DNA of 64,000 bases from a virus. The translations under genes were made by a program, and so were the position numbers. The notes under the pieces are model-generated. The model did not search any database. It had not been told where the DNA came from and saw only the letters and a list, made by a program, of their open reading frames with translations. The DNA lies in IMG/VR virus record IMGVR_UViG_3300044638_004201, positions 1-64,000 of that record; one strand, written 5' to 3'. Below are positions 35,323 through 45,806 of this stretch, piece by piece. The first letter of the stretch is position 1; each line of letters starts with the position of its first letter.

Positions 35323-38300
35323 GTGAGCAGAATTCGCAGACTAAGTCACGCAATTTCAGAAGAGGGACGTCGCTCTCAATCAATGAGCCAGGCTCTTCGT
35401 ATTCGTGAGTCAGCACTTTCTGTAATTGAACAGGCGAACACAAATGCTAATACTTCTCGCCGTATCACAAAGAAGGCAGCATTTACTGTAGTTCTTCGCT
35501 CACTTCAAGCAACACGTCATCTTCCATTCTCACTACGTGAGCATATGGCTTTGAAGGAACTTACTCAGTACATCAACCTTGCTCAAAACAATAAGAACAA
35601 CTCTTTAACTCTTTCACACACAGATTTACTTCCAATCTCACACCCACGCTCAACTCGTGACCACTCTCTTACAGCATCTGCTTTAGAATCTTCTCGTGCT
35701 CGTTGGTTTGTTGATGACGCACGAATTACAGATGAACGTGCACGAGTAATTCTTGCATCAGCACTTACTTCAGAGTTTGGCTCTGTAGAACACACTTACT
35801 ACAACTCAATTCTTGCTGGTCTACCACAAGGAACTTTGCCAACCGAGACATTGCTTGCTGCTATGGGCGATGGAAATTCTCCAATTGCTCGTTCTCTTCG
35901 TGCAAAACTACAACGTCGTGACCGCAAAGGTCGATTCGCATACCAAGGCGGAGGTCTTCGTGCTCTAGTTCGTCGTGCTGGAAAAGTATTTAGCGTTGTT
36001 GGTAAAACTCTTATGGACTCCAATGATGGAGAAAATGTTCTTGTAGAACTTCCAGATGGTCGAATTGCTAAAATTCCACCTTCAAAGGGCGAGTTCGTAA
36101 AAGCAATCCTTAATCCAACTGCTGACGGATTTAGCAAAGCACCAGTTCGTTATTCAGTTAGCGATGATGTAATAAACGAAGAAGATATTGAATTTGTTGA
36201 AGCACCAGACGGCTGGGAAAAATTAGGTGGCTACACTTGGAAGAATGAAGAGTGGAGAGTTACTAAGGATGATTTTGGTAATCTAACTGCAAGCAATGGC
36301 AAAGGCCCAATTATCGATGCCAAATCTTGGTCAGAGATTTTAGATAAGATTGATGAAATTGATAAGCCTTCTCAGGAAACAGAATTTCCAGAAGCAAAAG
36401 AACAACAAAAACAAAAACAAGAAATTATAAAACCTAAAGAAAAAGCAGCGGCTTTTGCTTTTGCTATTCCTGAAGGCGCAAAAATAATTAACCCAGATTC
36501 ATCATATGACCCTGAAGGTCGTATTGATGAAGAGTCAACAGATTTTACTGATGACCCTGTAGAACTTGCACAAAAGTATGACCCTCGTGATTTAGTTGCT
36601 GCTTTAGAAGAAGCAGTTATTCCAAAAGAAGATGGCGAAAACGCAACTGGCTATGGAGCACTTGGTTTCAATAACGGAGACGAGTTTGTTCCAGCAGAAG
36701 CATTGTTTTTTGCTCTTCAAGAGGCTGGCGAAGATGCTCCTCTAGAACTTGCAAGAATCTACGACAAAAAACTTGGAACTAAACAAAACGAAGAAGCACT
36801 TGCTGACTTCCGTAAGGGCTCAGAGAATGTTAGTGGACCTAATCCAGATATTGCTGAAGCGTTTGAAAGAACTATTGAGCGCGACGCAGATGAGGCACCA
36901 GCAGCAGAGATTCCAGATTTCAATAAAGAAGAGATGGACCTAGTTCCACTTCCAGTTGTATTAGATGGTCTTGGCGAAGCCGAGATGGCTGAATTTATGA
37001 AAACTAAAGACCACACTCCTTATCTTCCAAAAAATGATGATATTGATATGCCAGCGGGATATCACAAAATCAATCCTGAGCCATACCAAAACTGGAAAGA
37101 AGTTACTGAAGAAGACCAGAATGAAAATCTTCCAGTTGGATTTAGCGACAACCCTGTTTTCTTGGCGCAGTCTGTTGAAAAAGAAAAACTTGTTGAAGAA
37201 CTAAAGCGTGGTATTGAGCCAGGTAATCCAATTCCAGGACACGCAAACGTGTCTATGAAAGATGATGATGGCGAAGAGTTTGTAGCAAACGTTCCTGTAG
37301 AAGCAGTGCGTGATGCTTTACAACTTCTTGGAGAAGATACAAACGCACTTGTTAAGTCAATTGCTGATGAAGGATTTGTTGGACAAGAAGAGCAACAAGC
37401 AGAACTTCCTCTAGACCTTCCAACTGAAGCAAAGCCAATGAATGCTTACGAGCGTTTGATGGCAGAGCAAGCAGCAGAAAGAAAGGCTGTCGAAGACCGC
37501 ATAGCAGAACTAAAAGCCAATGCTGAAGCCCGTGTTGATGACCAAGGACGTAATGTTCCTGAGGGTTGGGGAATCTCACAAACAGTAGGAAGAATGTTTG
37601 GCCGTGCTCTTCCAGAAAACTATAACAACGTTTATGGTTTGAATAACTTTGAAGCATCTACTGATAAAGATGGAAAGATAACTGTAAAAGACCGCAATGG
37701 TCTTGTTGAACCAAAGACTTATGAAAACTGGGATGAAGTACAGGCAGACCTAGATGCTCGCAAGGCAGAGTATGCAAAAGCATCTCGTGAAAAAATTAAA
37801 GAGTTTGCTAAAGGCTATGGTTTTTCTGACGAACAGATTGCCGCTTTTGATTCAATGACTCAAGCGGAGATTGCAGATTTCTTCGCTAACCCAGATAACC
37901 ATACAGAAGCCTACAAGAGCGCTTTAGATGATTTTGAAACATCATGGGCAGTTGATATGCCTCGTCCTGCTCAAAGAGAACGCTGGGCAGCCTTTGGAAA
38001 AGAAAAGCGTATTTCAGAACAGGCTGGAGATTTCCCAGATGGAAATGCACCAGTTGCAGAACTTCCAGTTGCAGCAGAGCGCAAGCCAGGCACTGCTACA
38101 GAAGGTGAAAAAGGTTTAGACATTGTTTCTGTTCCAGAAAACAAAAACATTAGACCAGCAGCCCCAGATGATTTTGAGGTTGATGGATTACAAGAGATTC
38201 CAGACGGATTTGAAGAATATCCAGCGGCAGCAAACGTTGCACCTGCTCCAGCCCCAGGGGACGGTGGAGATGGACCAACACCTCCAGGTGGAAATGGAAA

Positions 38301-41300
38301 TAGACCACCAATTCGTATTACTGTAAAAGCAAAAGACATTTTGCCTGGTGATATTACTGTTGGCGACCATTTTGTAATTACAGAAGTTGGCGAGAAAGTT
38401 CCAGGAACAGATCGCATAAAGATTAAGGGTTACTACCCAGGCCATGTCGAACAAGATACAAAGCAGTGGAATGAATGGCGTGAGATTCCAGTAATTCGTG
38501 GCGCACAGGCTCCTGAAATGGGAGACCTACCAGTTCTTTCTAAGCCAAAAGAAAAAGATTTTGGTCGCAGAAAGAAAAACGCAGATGGCTCTTGGGGATT
38601 TGCTAAGGCAGAAGACCAAGCAGCCTTTGATGCTGCTCGTGCTGACTACGACATACAACTAGACGCAGCAAAGAAGCGTTTTGTTGACCCAACAGAACCA
38701 GCAAACCAGCCACATCGTGTTATCTCTCGTGCTGCTGATTTGAAGGCTGGAGATGTAACTACAGACCCTAAGAAGGGTCACTTTGTAATTGAAAGAATTT
38801 TTGTTGACGAAAACACAAAGCCAGAGTTTGTCAGTGTTGAGGGTTACTACCCAGGACACGTCACTCAAAGAAAAGAGTGGAAGGCAAACGGCCCTATCGA
38901 TGTTATTCGTAACGTTGAACCACCTGCAAAGGGTGATTTAGAAGAGTTACACCAACCTCACAACGTTGTTGATGGTAAATGGCGTCCAGATAAGGACCCT
39001 GCCAAGCGTGCAGAGCATCAGAAGAAACTTGATGAGGCCGCAGCCTTGTGGCAAGCACCAGCAGACCTTCCAGTTATTAACCAGAAGGATAATGTTGCAG
39101 AGCAAGATAAAGATATTCCTAATGCTGTCGCTGTGCGACGCCCTACACCTCCACGTCAGATTGAAATGCCAGCCTTCCAAGGTGATATGGCTGCAATTGC
39201 TCGTGAAGCAGGTGGAGACTGGAATAAGTTCCGTGAACTTCTTAAGGATAAAGATTTAGTCTTCTTTGATTTTGAAACAACTGGAGTAGATCCAGAAGAT
39301 GGCAACGAGCCATGGCAAGTTGCTGGTGTTCGTGTTCGCAACGGTGAAATTATTGACCGCGTAAATATTTTTATGAACCCAGGTCGCTCTATTGCTGATA
39401 CATATGCTGGTCGTGATACAGATGGAATCCCTAACGCTGTAGATGACAAGGGCAACAAACTCAATGATGATTTCTTAGGTCAGCAACCAAACCAAGAAGA
39501 TGCAATGCGTCAGTTCTTGGAGTGGGCAGGACCAAATGCAATCTTCGGCGCACAAAATATGGTTTTTGATGATGAAGTTGCTCGTCGTCTTGCTGACCGT
39601 CATGGTCTTGACTGGGCTCCAGGAGGTCTATTAGACATTCTGCCAATGGCACGAGACATCTTCAAAGACCAACCTAAGGAAAACCGTCCTCAGGCTCCTA
39701 AGGGCCGTAAAAATCATTACGCTTTAGGAAACCTTGCTAAACATCTTGGCGTTGACTTAGAAAATTGGCACGCAGCAGATGCTGATGCAGAAGCAGCAGC
39801 AAAGATTTTCAATGCTCTTATTGACAAGGGAATTGAACTTGATGCTGGTAAAGATTTGTTTGATGTCGATGCTCGCAACGATGAGTATGTGGCAAAGATG
39901 GATGGATATAACGCAGCCTTCGATGCTTACGAAGGACAACTTGCTGAATACGCTGCTGCTAAGGCAATGCGAGATGGTCTCAATGGCAAGCCCGTAAACA
40001 CTGATGGTGCTGTAAAAGATGCTGTTGGTACTCCAAACCCTGGCGAAAATATTGATGCTGGTCCTGTCGGCCTTGAGCCAGAACCAGTTCGTGCTCGTGA
40101 TGAAGTTGTAGTTCTTGATTTCACACCTAACACGATGTTCCCTCAAGGAAAGATGAGAATGATGGACCGCGACTGGGTGCTTAACCCAGACAACGCCGTT
40201 CTTCTACCTCGTGAAAATATTCGTATGCGTGATTTACTTCCTGGAGACTTTATGTCTTCTAAGGATGGAAACATTATCTGGCAAGTAGTTGCTCTTCGTG
40301 GTGGAGAAGAGTTTGGTCTTGAGCCAGGAAAAGTTAGAGTTTATCGACGTAATATTGAAAACGGAGAAGTTTCTACATACGAACATTTCCATACAGTGTT
40401 CTTAGACGGAGTTCGTCGTCCTAAGAATCCAGAAGATTTGAATGTTCCAGAAGTTATGCCAGAAGGTGAAGCAGCACCGTTTATTGCTAACGACCCTGTT
40501 GATTTAGATAAGAATGCAGAAGAGGTAGGAGCAGAGAGAATTTGGCTTGATGCTTTTGGTCTTCCAGGCATTGGCATTGGCACAATTATTATTGATAAGA
40601 CACCTGGAGGAAGATTTGCACTTCGTGCACTTATCCACAATAGCGATGATGGAAATGAAATCTACAGAGTAGAAGAAGAGTACAGAACTGCTGAAGGTGC
40701 TAAAGCAGAGGGTGAAGCACTTATCAAACTTCATGCAAAAGATTTGCTTGACCAAAAGCGTAAGGAACAAGCAGAGCCAGAAGAGGCACGAGCAAAAGAT
40801 GTTCCTATTGCTCGCGGAGACATTCCAGGCGATGCCAACAATGCCCCACAAATTATTGAAGTACAAGACCTACCAGACAATCTTGCTGGAGACATCAAGA
40901 TTCAAAACGTTGGCGACGAGAAGCCAGACTTCCAAGCAGACGCTGTTGTTCGTGACCTTGACGGAGATTTGTTAGCAAATCAGACTACAAATCATCCTGA
41001 CAAAGATAAGGCAGAGAAAGAAGGCCGCGAGTTTATTGCTCGTGTAGTTGACGCTCTTCAAAATCCAGAACAACCAGTAGAAGATAAAGATGCGCCAAAG
41101 AACATTAATGGAAGACCTGTTGGCACTAAAGCCCGCGTTAAATTTATACCGAGTGCTCCTGGAGTTCCTCCACGAGAAGAAGTTTATATTCTTCAAGAAG
41201 ATGGAAAGTGGAAGAACGAAGAAACAGGTGCAGTAAGAGATGAACTTCCTAAAGCCTGGTCTGCTGAAAAAGATGGTTTTGGACGCGGAGGATATAACGA

Positions 41301-44300
41301 ACCTGTATTTGAAGAGCCAAAGAAGAAGAAAAAGAGAGAGCCAAAACCTCTATCTGAAGATGCAAAAGCAAAAATTGAAGAAGAAAAGGCAAAAGAAAAA
41401 GATAACGCTTGGGTTGAGGAAAACGCTGGTCGTTTAGCACCTATTGAAGCCCAAGAAGTTCAAGTTGGCGATTTCTTCTGGTCTCCATTCTGGGGTAACT
41501 TCGAGGAAGTTCTTGCAGCACGCTACATCGGTGTCCTTGATAGGTATGAATTCATGATTCAAAACCGTGTCAATGGAAGAATTGAACCTCGCTACTTCAA
41601 GGCTGACTCACCGCTTCGTAACATTCGTCGTCCTGGTGTTGAAGATCAAGAGTTTGAAATTATTGATGAGCCAAAGGGAACAAAAGCAGTTCCTGGAGCA
41701 AAGCGTGGACAAATTAAGCGTAAGCCTCTTGGAGAAAGAATTGTTGCTAAAGAGGGTCGCCCAATGGGTGGAAGATATAAAGAAGAAGGATTCTACGAAG
41801 ATAGAAATGGCATTGCCCTACAAGAGGGAGATGTTGTTCGCTTCAAGGACCCAGTAAAAAATGCTAAGTGGGGCCGTGGTGTTGTAAAGGCTCGTATGGG
41901 CGCACAAGTTGAAGAAGGTCAAAAGGCTGGTGGTCAAGGCCGTAAAGGAGTTATTTACCTAGACAAACTTATCATTCAATTTGAAGGTGAAGATGAAAAA
42001 TGGGCATTCCGTCAAGGTGGCCGTGAACTGAAGGGTAGAAATCTTATTCTTCAAAAGGGAGATAACACTGACATTGTTCTTCCTGATTTCCGTGGACCAA
42101 AAGCAAAGCCAGTAGATCGTGGACTTGGCATTGAAGGTCCTGGCGGACGTGTTGTAAAAGAGCCTAAGGTAGAGCCAGCATTACCTAAAGCAGAAGACGA
42201 CCAAAAGGCTAAAAAACTTAGAGCAAAAGAATTAGGACGTCAAGCATTTGCTAGAGGTGGTAGAGGAAATCAACTACCAGCAAACGACAAAGAGTTTATG
42301 GAAATGTGGGAGTTTGGACCTGCTGGACCTAATAAGGCTGAACTCTGGAACGAATGGCTTGCAGGGTTCCAAGAAGCAAAAGATGGGGCACCTGTTGATG
42401 TAGAGCCACAAGAACCAGTACGGGCTCAGGGGCAAAGGATTCGTGCTTTAGTTGACCGAAACCTAGGTAGAGACAAAGAAGAAGATTTGAAAGAGCAAAT
42501 TGAGCAAGCAATTGCTGATGGAGATGCTATTGCTTTTATGTACAACGGAAAAGCAAGAAACTTTACTCCTAAGCGCGTCTGGGTAAATCCACAAAATGGA
42601 AATGTAAATGTTGGTGGCTTTGAAGGTGGCCAAATGAAAAACTTTACAATTCAAAAAATGGACTTTATGCCAACTGATGAAAATGGAATTGTAGAAGGTA
42701 TTCCAGTAGAGGCTCCAGCCGCAGATAAGCCTGATGCTGATGCTGCTGATGCCAAATTAGAAAAATTCAAGGCTGACTTCGGGAACAAGTTTGACGACCT
42801 TGAGAATAGGGAAAATGTTGTCGCTGGGCTTCAGCAAATTGCTGATGCTCTTCCAAAAGCAAGAAACTACAAAGCCGCGTTAAACTTAAGAAACGCTCGT
42901 CAAGCACTAGATGATATTAATTCTAAATTTGCTGGAGGCGCTGGTGTAGACGAAATAAGCGAATACAATTTAGATGCAGCAATTCGCCGTTTGAGAAGAG
43001 AATCTAATGATGCTTTTGCTCAAGATGCAGCGGATAAACTTGAAAAAATATCTAAAGAGATAAAAGCAAAACGTCAAGAACTTGTCAACAAGAGACTTGC
43101 TGCACCGCTTCCTGAACTCCCTGAGCCTAAGGGCGTAGACAAAGATGGAATGAAGAATGTTATCAATGAGATTATTCAAAGACTTCCAGAGTATGGAGAC
43201 TATAACGCACGGAAGTCTGCTAATAGAGATGCTGGCATACAGAGAGATGCACTAAGAAAATATCTTAAGTCTATAGATCAAGATATGCTTGATTTGGATG
43301 ACATCATTCATTCAGACTTAGAAGAAATCGCTAATGCTTTAAGAAGAGTCGCTAGTGTAGAAGCAAAGGACGGCAATCAGCCTAATGCTGATAAGTATGA
43401 AAACTTTGCTGACATATTAGATGGCTACCGCACAGAGTTAGAAAGTCGCGGTGGCGGTCCAGTAGTAAAGCAACCATTAAATAATCTAGACCCTGAAGAA
43501 GTAGCAAAGCAAAGAATTGCTGATAAGGCAAACGAGTTTGCTCCTGTAGAAAAACTTCAAGCATTTATGGCTGATGATTTGAATGTTGATAACGACAGAC
43601 TTCTTCAACCATTCAAAGATGAATTACAAGAGTTTTTTGCCAACGGCGACCCTAAGCCACTAGCAATGTTAACTCCCGCTGCTCGTCAAGCACTTGGTTT
43701 TTTTGTTGGTAAGGCGCTGAAAGATTCTAATAATCCAGTTGATCCAGACAAGAGCGAAGAGGTAGTTAATAATCTTGGTGATTTGGCTGTACAACTTCAC
43801 GCTGAAAGACTTGCTTTTACTCCTAACGCTCCTGATTTAGGGGTTGGCGATGCTCTTCTTGATATGGACTTTTCAAAGATAAAAGAACTAGGAGACTTCC
43901 TATACAGGAACAGAGTTGAAAGAGATGTAAAACTAAAAATAAACGGTCAAGACACTGGATTCAATATAAAAGTAGCAATCGATGAAGATAAAGGTGTAAA
44001 CACAACTTATTTCATAACTCATAGAGCGTCTGGTCGTAAGTTTGTTATGAAGTTAGACACTATGGTTGGAGAGCGTGGTGCTGACGCAGAAATTGCATCA
44101 GCGGCCCTTAATCGTGCTTTAGGAAACATTGGCGCTTATCAAGTATTCCGTCATAGGAGTAGAAGAGATGTAGTTGTCACATCCTGGGCTGGAGAAATGG
44201 TTGACTTTGAGTCAGAGCCAAAGCGTATCGGAGACACCAAGTACCTAAGACAACATGAACAAGCCGCGATGAACGGTGCTTTTGTAGATGTTATTGGACT

Positions 44301-44733
44301 TGCTATTATGGATGCAATTCTTATCAATGGTGATAGACATAGAAATAATCTCCTTGTAGGAAAAGTAAAAAATCTTGATGGTGTAAATGCAAATGACGAC
44401 ACCGAAGCAGTTCAATTTATGGCTGTTGATCACGGACTAGCGGGACTTATCGTCAAAGGCGGAATGATGTCTCCAGACGATTACATCCAAGGCGCTGACA
44501 GTGACGATAGTCATAGAAGAGCAATAAATATTGCTTCTCAACTTGTCGACAAAATTGGCGTTGATTTGTACAAACGAATTAATGATATGACCATACAGCA
44601 AGCAGTTCAAGCACTAGAACGAGAGCGCGGAAAAGACATTACTGACGCTGATTTAGATGCAATAATTAAAAGACTAGAACTTCTTCGTGGAATTGATAAT
44701 TCCAAGTGGAAGCGCATATTGAGGAAAAGATAG
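35323..44733 (+). CDS. Giant polyvalent virion protein: repeats, DEDDh exonuclease, WYL-like domain, C-terminal HipA/PI3K-like kinase
   Basis: DFETTG / NxxFD / HxAxxD at ~39250-39830; IAFMYNGKARNFTP...MKNFTIQKM at ~42500-42670; FVMK, E, DRHRNN, VDHG at ~43960-44730. Confidence 0.8.
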   Translation: MSRIRRLSHAISEEGRRSQSMSQALRIRESALSVIEQANTNANTSRRITKKAAFTVVLRSLQATRHLPFSLREHMALKELTQYINLAQNNKNNSLTLSHTDLLPISHPRSTRDHSLTASALESSRARWFVDDARITDERARVILASALTSEFGSVEHTYYNSILAGLPQGTLPTETLLAAMGDGNSPIARSLRAKLQRRDRKGRFAYQGGGLRALVRRAGKVFSVVGKTLMDSNDGENVLVELPDGRIAKIPPSKGEFVKAILNPTADGFSKAPVRYSVSDDVINEEDIEFVEAPDGWEKLGGYTWKNEEWRVTKDDFGNLTASNGKGPIIDAKSWSEILDKIDEIDKPSQETEFPEAKEQQKQKQEIIKPKEKAAAFAFAIPEGAKIINPDSSYDPEGRIDEESTDFTDDPVELAQKYDPRDLVAALEEAVIPKEDGENATGYGALGFNNGDEFVPAEALFFALQEAGEDAPLELARIYDKKLGTKQNEEALADFRKGSENVSGPNPDIAEAFERTIERDADEAPAAEIPDFNKEEMDLVPLPVVLDGLGEAEMAEFMKTKDHTPYLPKNDDIDMPAGYHKINPEPYQNWKEVTEEDQNENLPVGFSDNPVFLAQSVEKEKLVEELKRGIEPGNPIPGHANVSMKDDDGEEFVANVPVEAVRDALQLLGEDTNALVKSIADEGFVGQEEQQAELPLDLPTEAKPMNAYERLMAEQAAERKAVEDRIAELKANAEARVDDQGRNVPEGWGISQTVGRMFGRALPENYNNVYGLNNFEASTDKDGKITVKDRNGLVEPKTYENWDEVQADLDARKAEYAKASREKIKEFAKGYGFSDEQIAAFDSMTQAEIADFFANPDNHTEAYKSALDDFETSWAVDMPRPAQRERWAAFGKEKRISEQAGDFPDGNAPVAELPVAAERKPGTATEGEKGLDIVSVPENKNIRPAAPDDFEVDGLQEIPDGFEEYPAAANVAPAPAPGDGGDGPTPPGGNGNRPPIRITVKAKDILPGDITVGDHFVITEVGEKVPGTDRIKIKGYYPGHVEQDTKQWNEWREIPVIRGAQAPEMGDLPVLSKPKEKDFGRRKKNADGSWGFAKAEDQAAFDAARADYDIQLDAAKKRFVDPTEPANQPHRVISRAADLKAGDVTTDPKKGHFVIERIFVDENTKPEFVSVEGYYPGHVTQRKEWKANGPIDVIRNVEPPAKGDLEELHQPHNVVDGKWRPDKDPAKRAEHQKKLDEAAALWQAPADLPVINQKDNVAEQDKDIPNAVAVRRPTPPRQIEMPAFQGDMAAIAREAGGDWNKFRELLKDKDLVFFDFETTGVDPEDGNEPWQVAGVRVRNGEIIDRVNIFMNPGRSIADTYAGRDTDGIPNAVDDKGNKLNDDFLGQQPNQEDAMRQFLEWAGPNAIFGAQNMVFDDEVARRLADRHGLDWAPGGLLDILPMARDIFKDQPKENRPQAPKGRKNHYALGNLAKHLGVDLENWHAADADAEAAAKIFNALIDKGIELDAGKDLFDVDARNDEYVAKMDGYNAAFDAYEGQLAEYAAAKAMRDGLNGKPVNTDGAVKDAVGTPNPGENIDAGPVGLEPEPVRARDEVVVLDFTPNTMFPQGKMRMMDRDWVLNPDNAVLLPRENIRMRDLLPGDFMSSKDGNIIWQVVALRGGEEFGLEPGKVRVYRRNIENGEVSTYEHFHTVFLDGVRRPKNPEDLNVPEVMPEGEAAPFIANDPVDLDKNAEEVGAERIWLDAFGLPGIGIGTIIIDKTPGGRFALRALIHNSDDGNEIYRVEEEYRTAEGAKAEGEALIKLHAKDLLDQKRKEQAEPEEARAKDVPIARGDIPGDANNAPQIIEVQDLPDNLAGDIKIQNVGDEKPDFQADAVVRDLDGDLLANQTTNHPDKDKAEKEGREFIARVVDALQNPEQPVEDKDAPKNINGRPVGTKARVKFIPSAPGVPPREEVYILQEDGKWKNEETGAVRDELPKAWSAEKDGFGRGGYNEPVFEEPKKKKKREPKPLSEDAKAKIEEEKAKEKDNAWVEENAGRLAPIEAQEVQVGDFFWSPFWGNFEEVLAARYIGVLDRYEFMIQNRVNGRIEPRYFKADSPLRNIRRPGVEDQEFEIIDEPKGTKAVPGAKRGQIKRKPLGERIVAKEGRPMGGRYKEEGFYEDRNGIALQEGDVVRFKDPVKNAKWGRGVVKARMGAQVEEGQKAGGQGRKGVIYLDKLIIQFEGEDEKWAFRQGGRELKGRNLILQKGDNTDIVLPDFRGPKAKPVDRGLGIEGPGGRVVKEPKVEPALPKAEDDQKAKKLRAKELGRQAFARGGRGNQLPANDKEFMEMWEFGPAGPNKAELWNEWLAGFQEAKDGAPVDVEPQEPVRAQGQRIRALVDRNLGRDKEEDLKEQIEQAIADGDAIAFMYNGKARNFTPKRVWVNPQNGNVNVGGFEGGQMKNFTIQKMDFMPTDENGIVEGIPVEAPAADKPDADAADAKLEKFKADFGNKFDDLENRENVVAGLQQIADALPKARNYKAALNLRNARQALDDINSKFAGGAGVDEISEYNLDAAIRRLRRESNDAFAQDAADKLEKISKEIKAKRQELVNKRLAAPLPELPEPKGVDKDGMKNVINEIIQRLPEYGDYNARKSANRDAGIQRDALRKYLKSIDQDMLDLDDIIHSDLEEIANALRRVASVEAKDGNQPNADKYENFADILDGYRTELESRGGGPVVKQPLNNLDPEEVAKQRIADKANEFAPVEKLQAFMADDLNVDNDRLLQPFKDELQEFFANGDPKPLAMLTPAARQALGFFVGKALKDSNNPVDPDKSEEVVNNLGDLAVQLHAERLAFTPNAPDLGVGDALLDMDFSKIKELGDFLYRNRVERDVKLKINGQDTGFNIKVAIDEDKGVNTTYFITHRASGRKFVMKLDTMVGERGADAEIASAALNRALGNIGAYQVFRHRSRRDVVVTSWAGEMVDFESEPKRIGDTKYLRQHEQAAMNGAFVDVIGLAIMDAILINGDRHRNNLLVGKVKNLDGVNANDDTEAVQFMAVDHGLAGLIVKGGMMSPDDYIQGADSDDSHRRAINIASQLVDKIGVDLYKRINDMTIQQAVQALERERGKDITDADLDAIIKRLELLRGIDNSKWKRILRKR

Positions 44734-44742
44734 GATGACACT

Positions 44743-45504
44743 ATGACAATAAAAATATATCGCGGATATCCAGATAACGAAGTTTATACTGGCTATAACT
44801 ATGTGTTGTCTATCGTAGCAGCAGACTCCGATTTTATTTATATCTCAGACCCAGATAGTGGGTTTGATGATGAAAGAAAAGAGATGCTTATTGATGTTAT
44901 GAAGCATAATAAGAGAAGCCTTCCTAAAGATGCTGACGGCTGGGCTGCTCTTGCTATGTATAACATTTCTGGTCTCTCCTATAAAAATGTAACTGGAGAT
45001 GAAGAAATTTCAGACGACTCCTATGACGAGGTTGTTATGGATGAAATTGTTTCTTTTGAAGATGCAAGAGAATTTAGAGCAAGTCAAGAAGAGCCAATGA
45101 CCGCAGCAGTTGGAGATGCTTGCCCACCTGCTACTCAAGACATCGCTCTAAACCTAAAGAACCGTAAAAATGCTATTGACACTGCTATGTACGGTCCACT
45201 AAATCCAGATGAGCCAAATAATGAATATTGGCAAGCACTGGCAACAGAGTGGAGCGTAGATGTGGAAACTGCAAAGCAACAGCGCTGTGGTAATTGCGCT
45301 GTTTTCGTAGTCACATCATCAATGAAGGATTGCATCTCTCAAGGGCTGACTGGAGAAACTCAGTCCGATGAGTTTGATGCAATAGACGAGGCTGGAGAAC
45401 TTGGATACTGCGAAGCATTCGATTTCAAATGTGCGTCTGCTAGAACCTGCCGTGCATGGGTTTCGGGAGGTCCAATTGATGACGAAAAGGCTAAGGAGCA
45501 GTAA
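44743..45504 (+). CDS. Acidic N-terminal domain plus Cys-rich (HiPIP-like) C-terminal domain
   Basis: CPPATQD, RCGNC, GYC...FKCASARTCRAW. Confidence 0.7.
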   Translation: MTIKIYRGYPDNEVYTGYNYVLSIVAADSDFIYISDPDSGFDDERKEMLIDVMKHNKRSLPKDADGWAALAMYNISGLSYKNVTGDEEISDDSYDEVVMDEIVSFEDAREFRASQEEPMTAAVGDACPPATQDIALNLKNRKNAIDTAMYGPLNPDEPNNEYWQALATEWSVDVETAKQQRCGNCAVFVVTSSMKDCISQGLTGETQSDEFDAIDEAGELGYCEAFDFKCASARTCRAWVSGGPIDDEKAKEQ

Positions 45505-45803
45505 TGGCATTCTCACCAAACAATCCAGAGTTTCCAACTGACTTAATATGTCATTGCGACACTGACCTGGATGAGGCAGCATTTCTTACTTACCAATCTG
45601 ATGATGGTGATTTTTACCGCGACAAAGGTCAATGGAAAGAAATCTCATTAGAAGACGATTGGGAGTTAGATTTTGATGGTTTAATTATCGTATACGTAGA
45701 CCCCGCCTTCATTTCTGTCTATGACGAAGCCGATGAGCAAGACTTGGCTATTCCGATTGAAGAAGTTGTGAAGTACGAGTCAGTAAGTCCAGAGACGGAG
45801 TAA
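45504..45803 (+). CDS. Small acidic protein
   Basis: TAATG-coupled ORF. Confidence 0.65.
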   Translation: MAFSPNNPEFPTDLICHCDTDLDEAAFLTYQSDDGDFYRDKGQWKEISLEDDWELDFDGLIIVYVDPAFISVYDEADEQDLAIPIEEVVKYESVSPETE

Positions 45804-45806
45804 AAA

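Noticed and set aside
38310-42060. Inteins in the giant protein (DL.PGD resembles a Hint block)
   Set aside because: No N-terminal Cys block, TxxH or terminal HN-C/S/T; the units look like short SH3-type repeats
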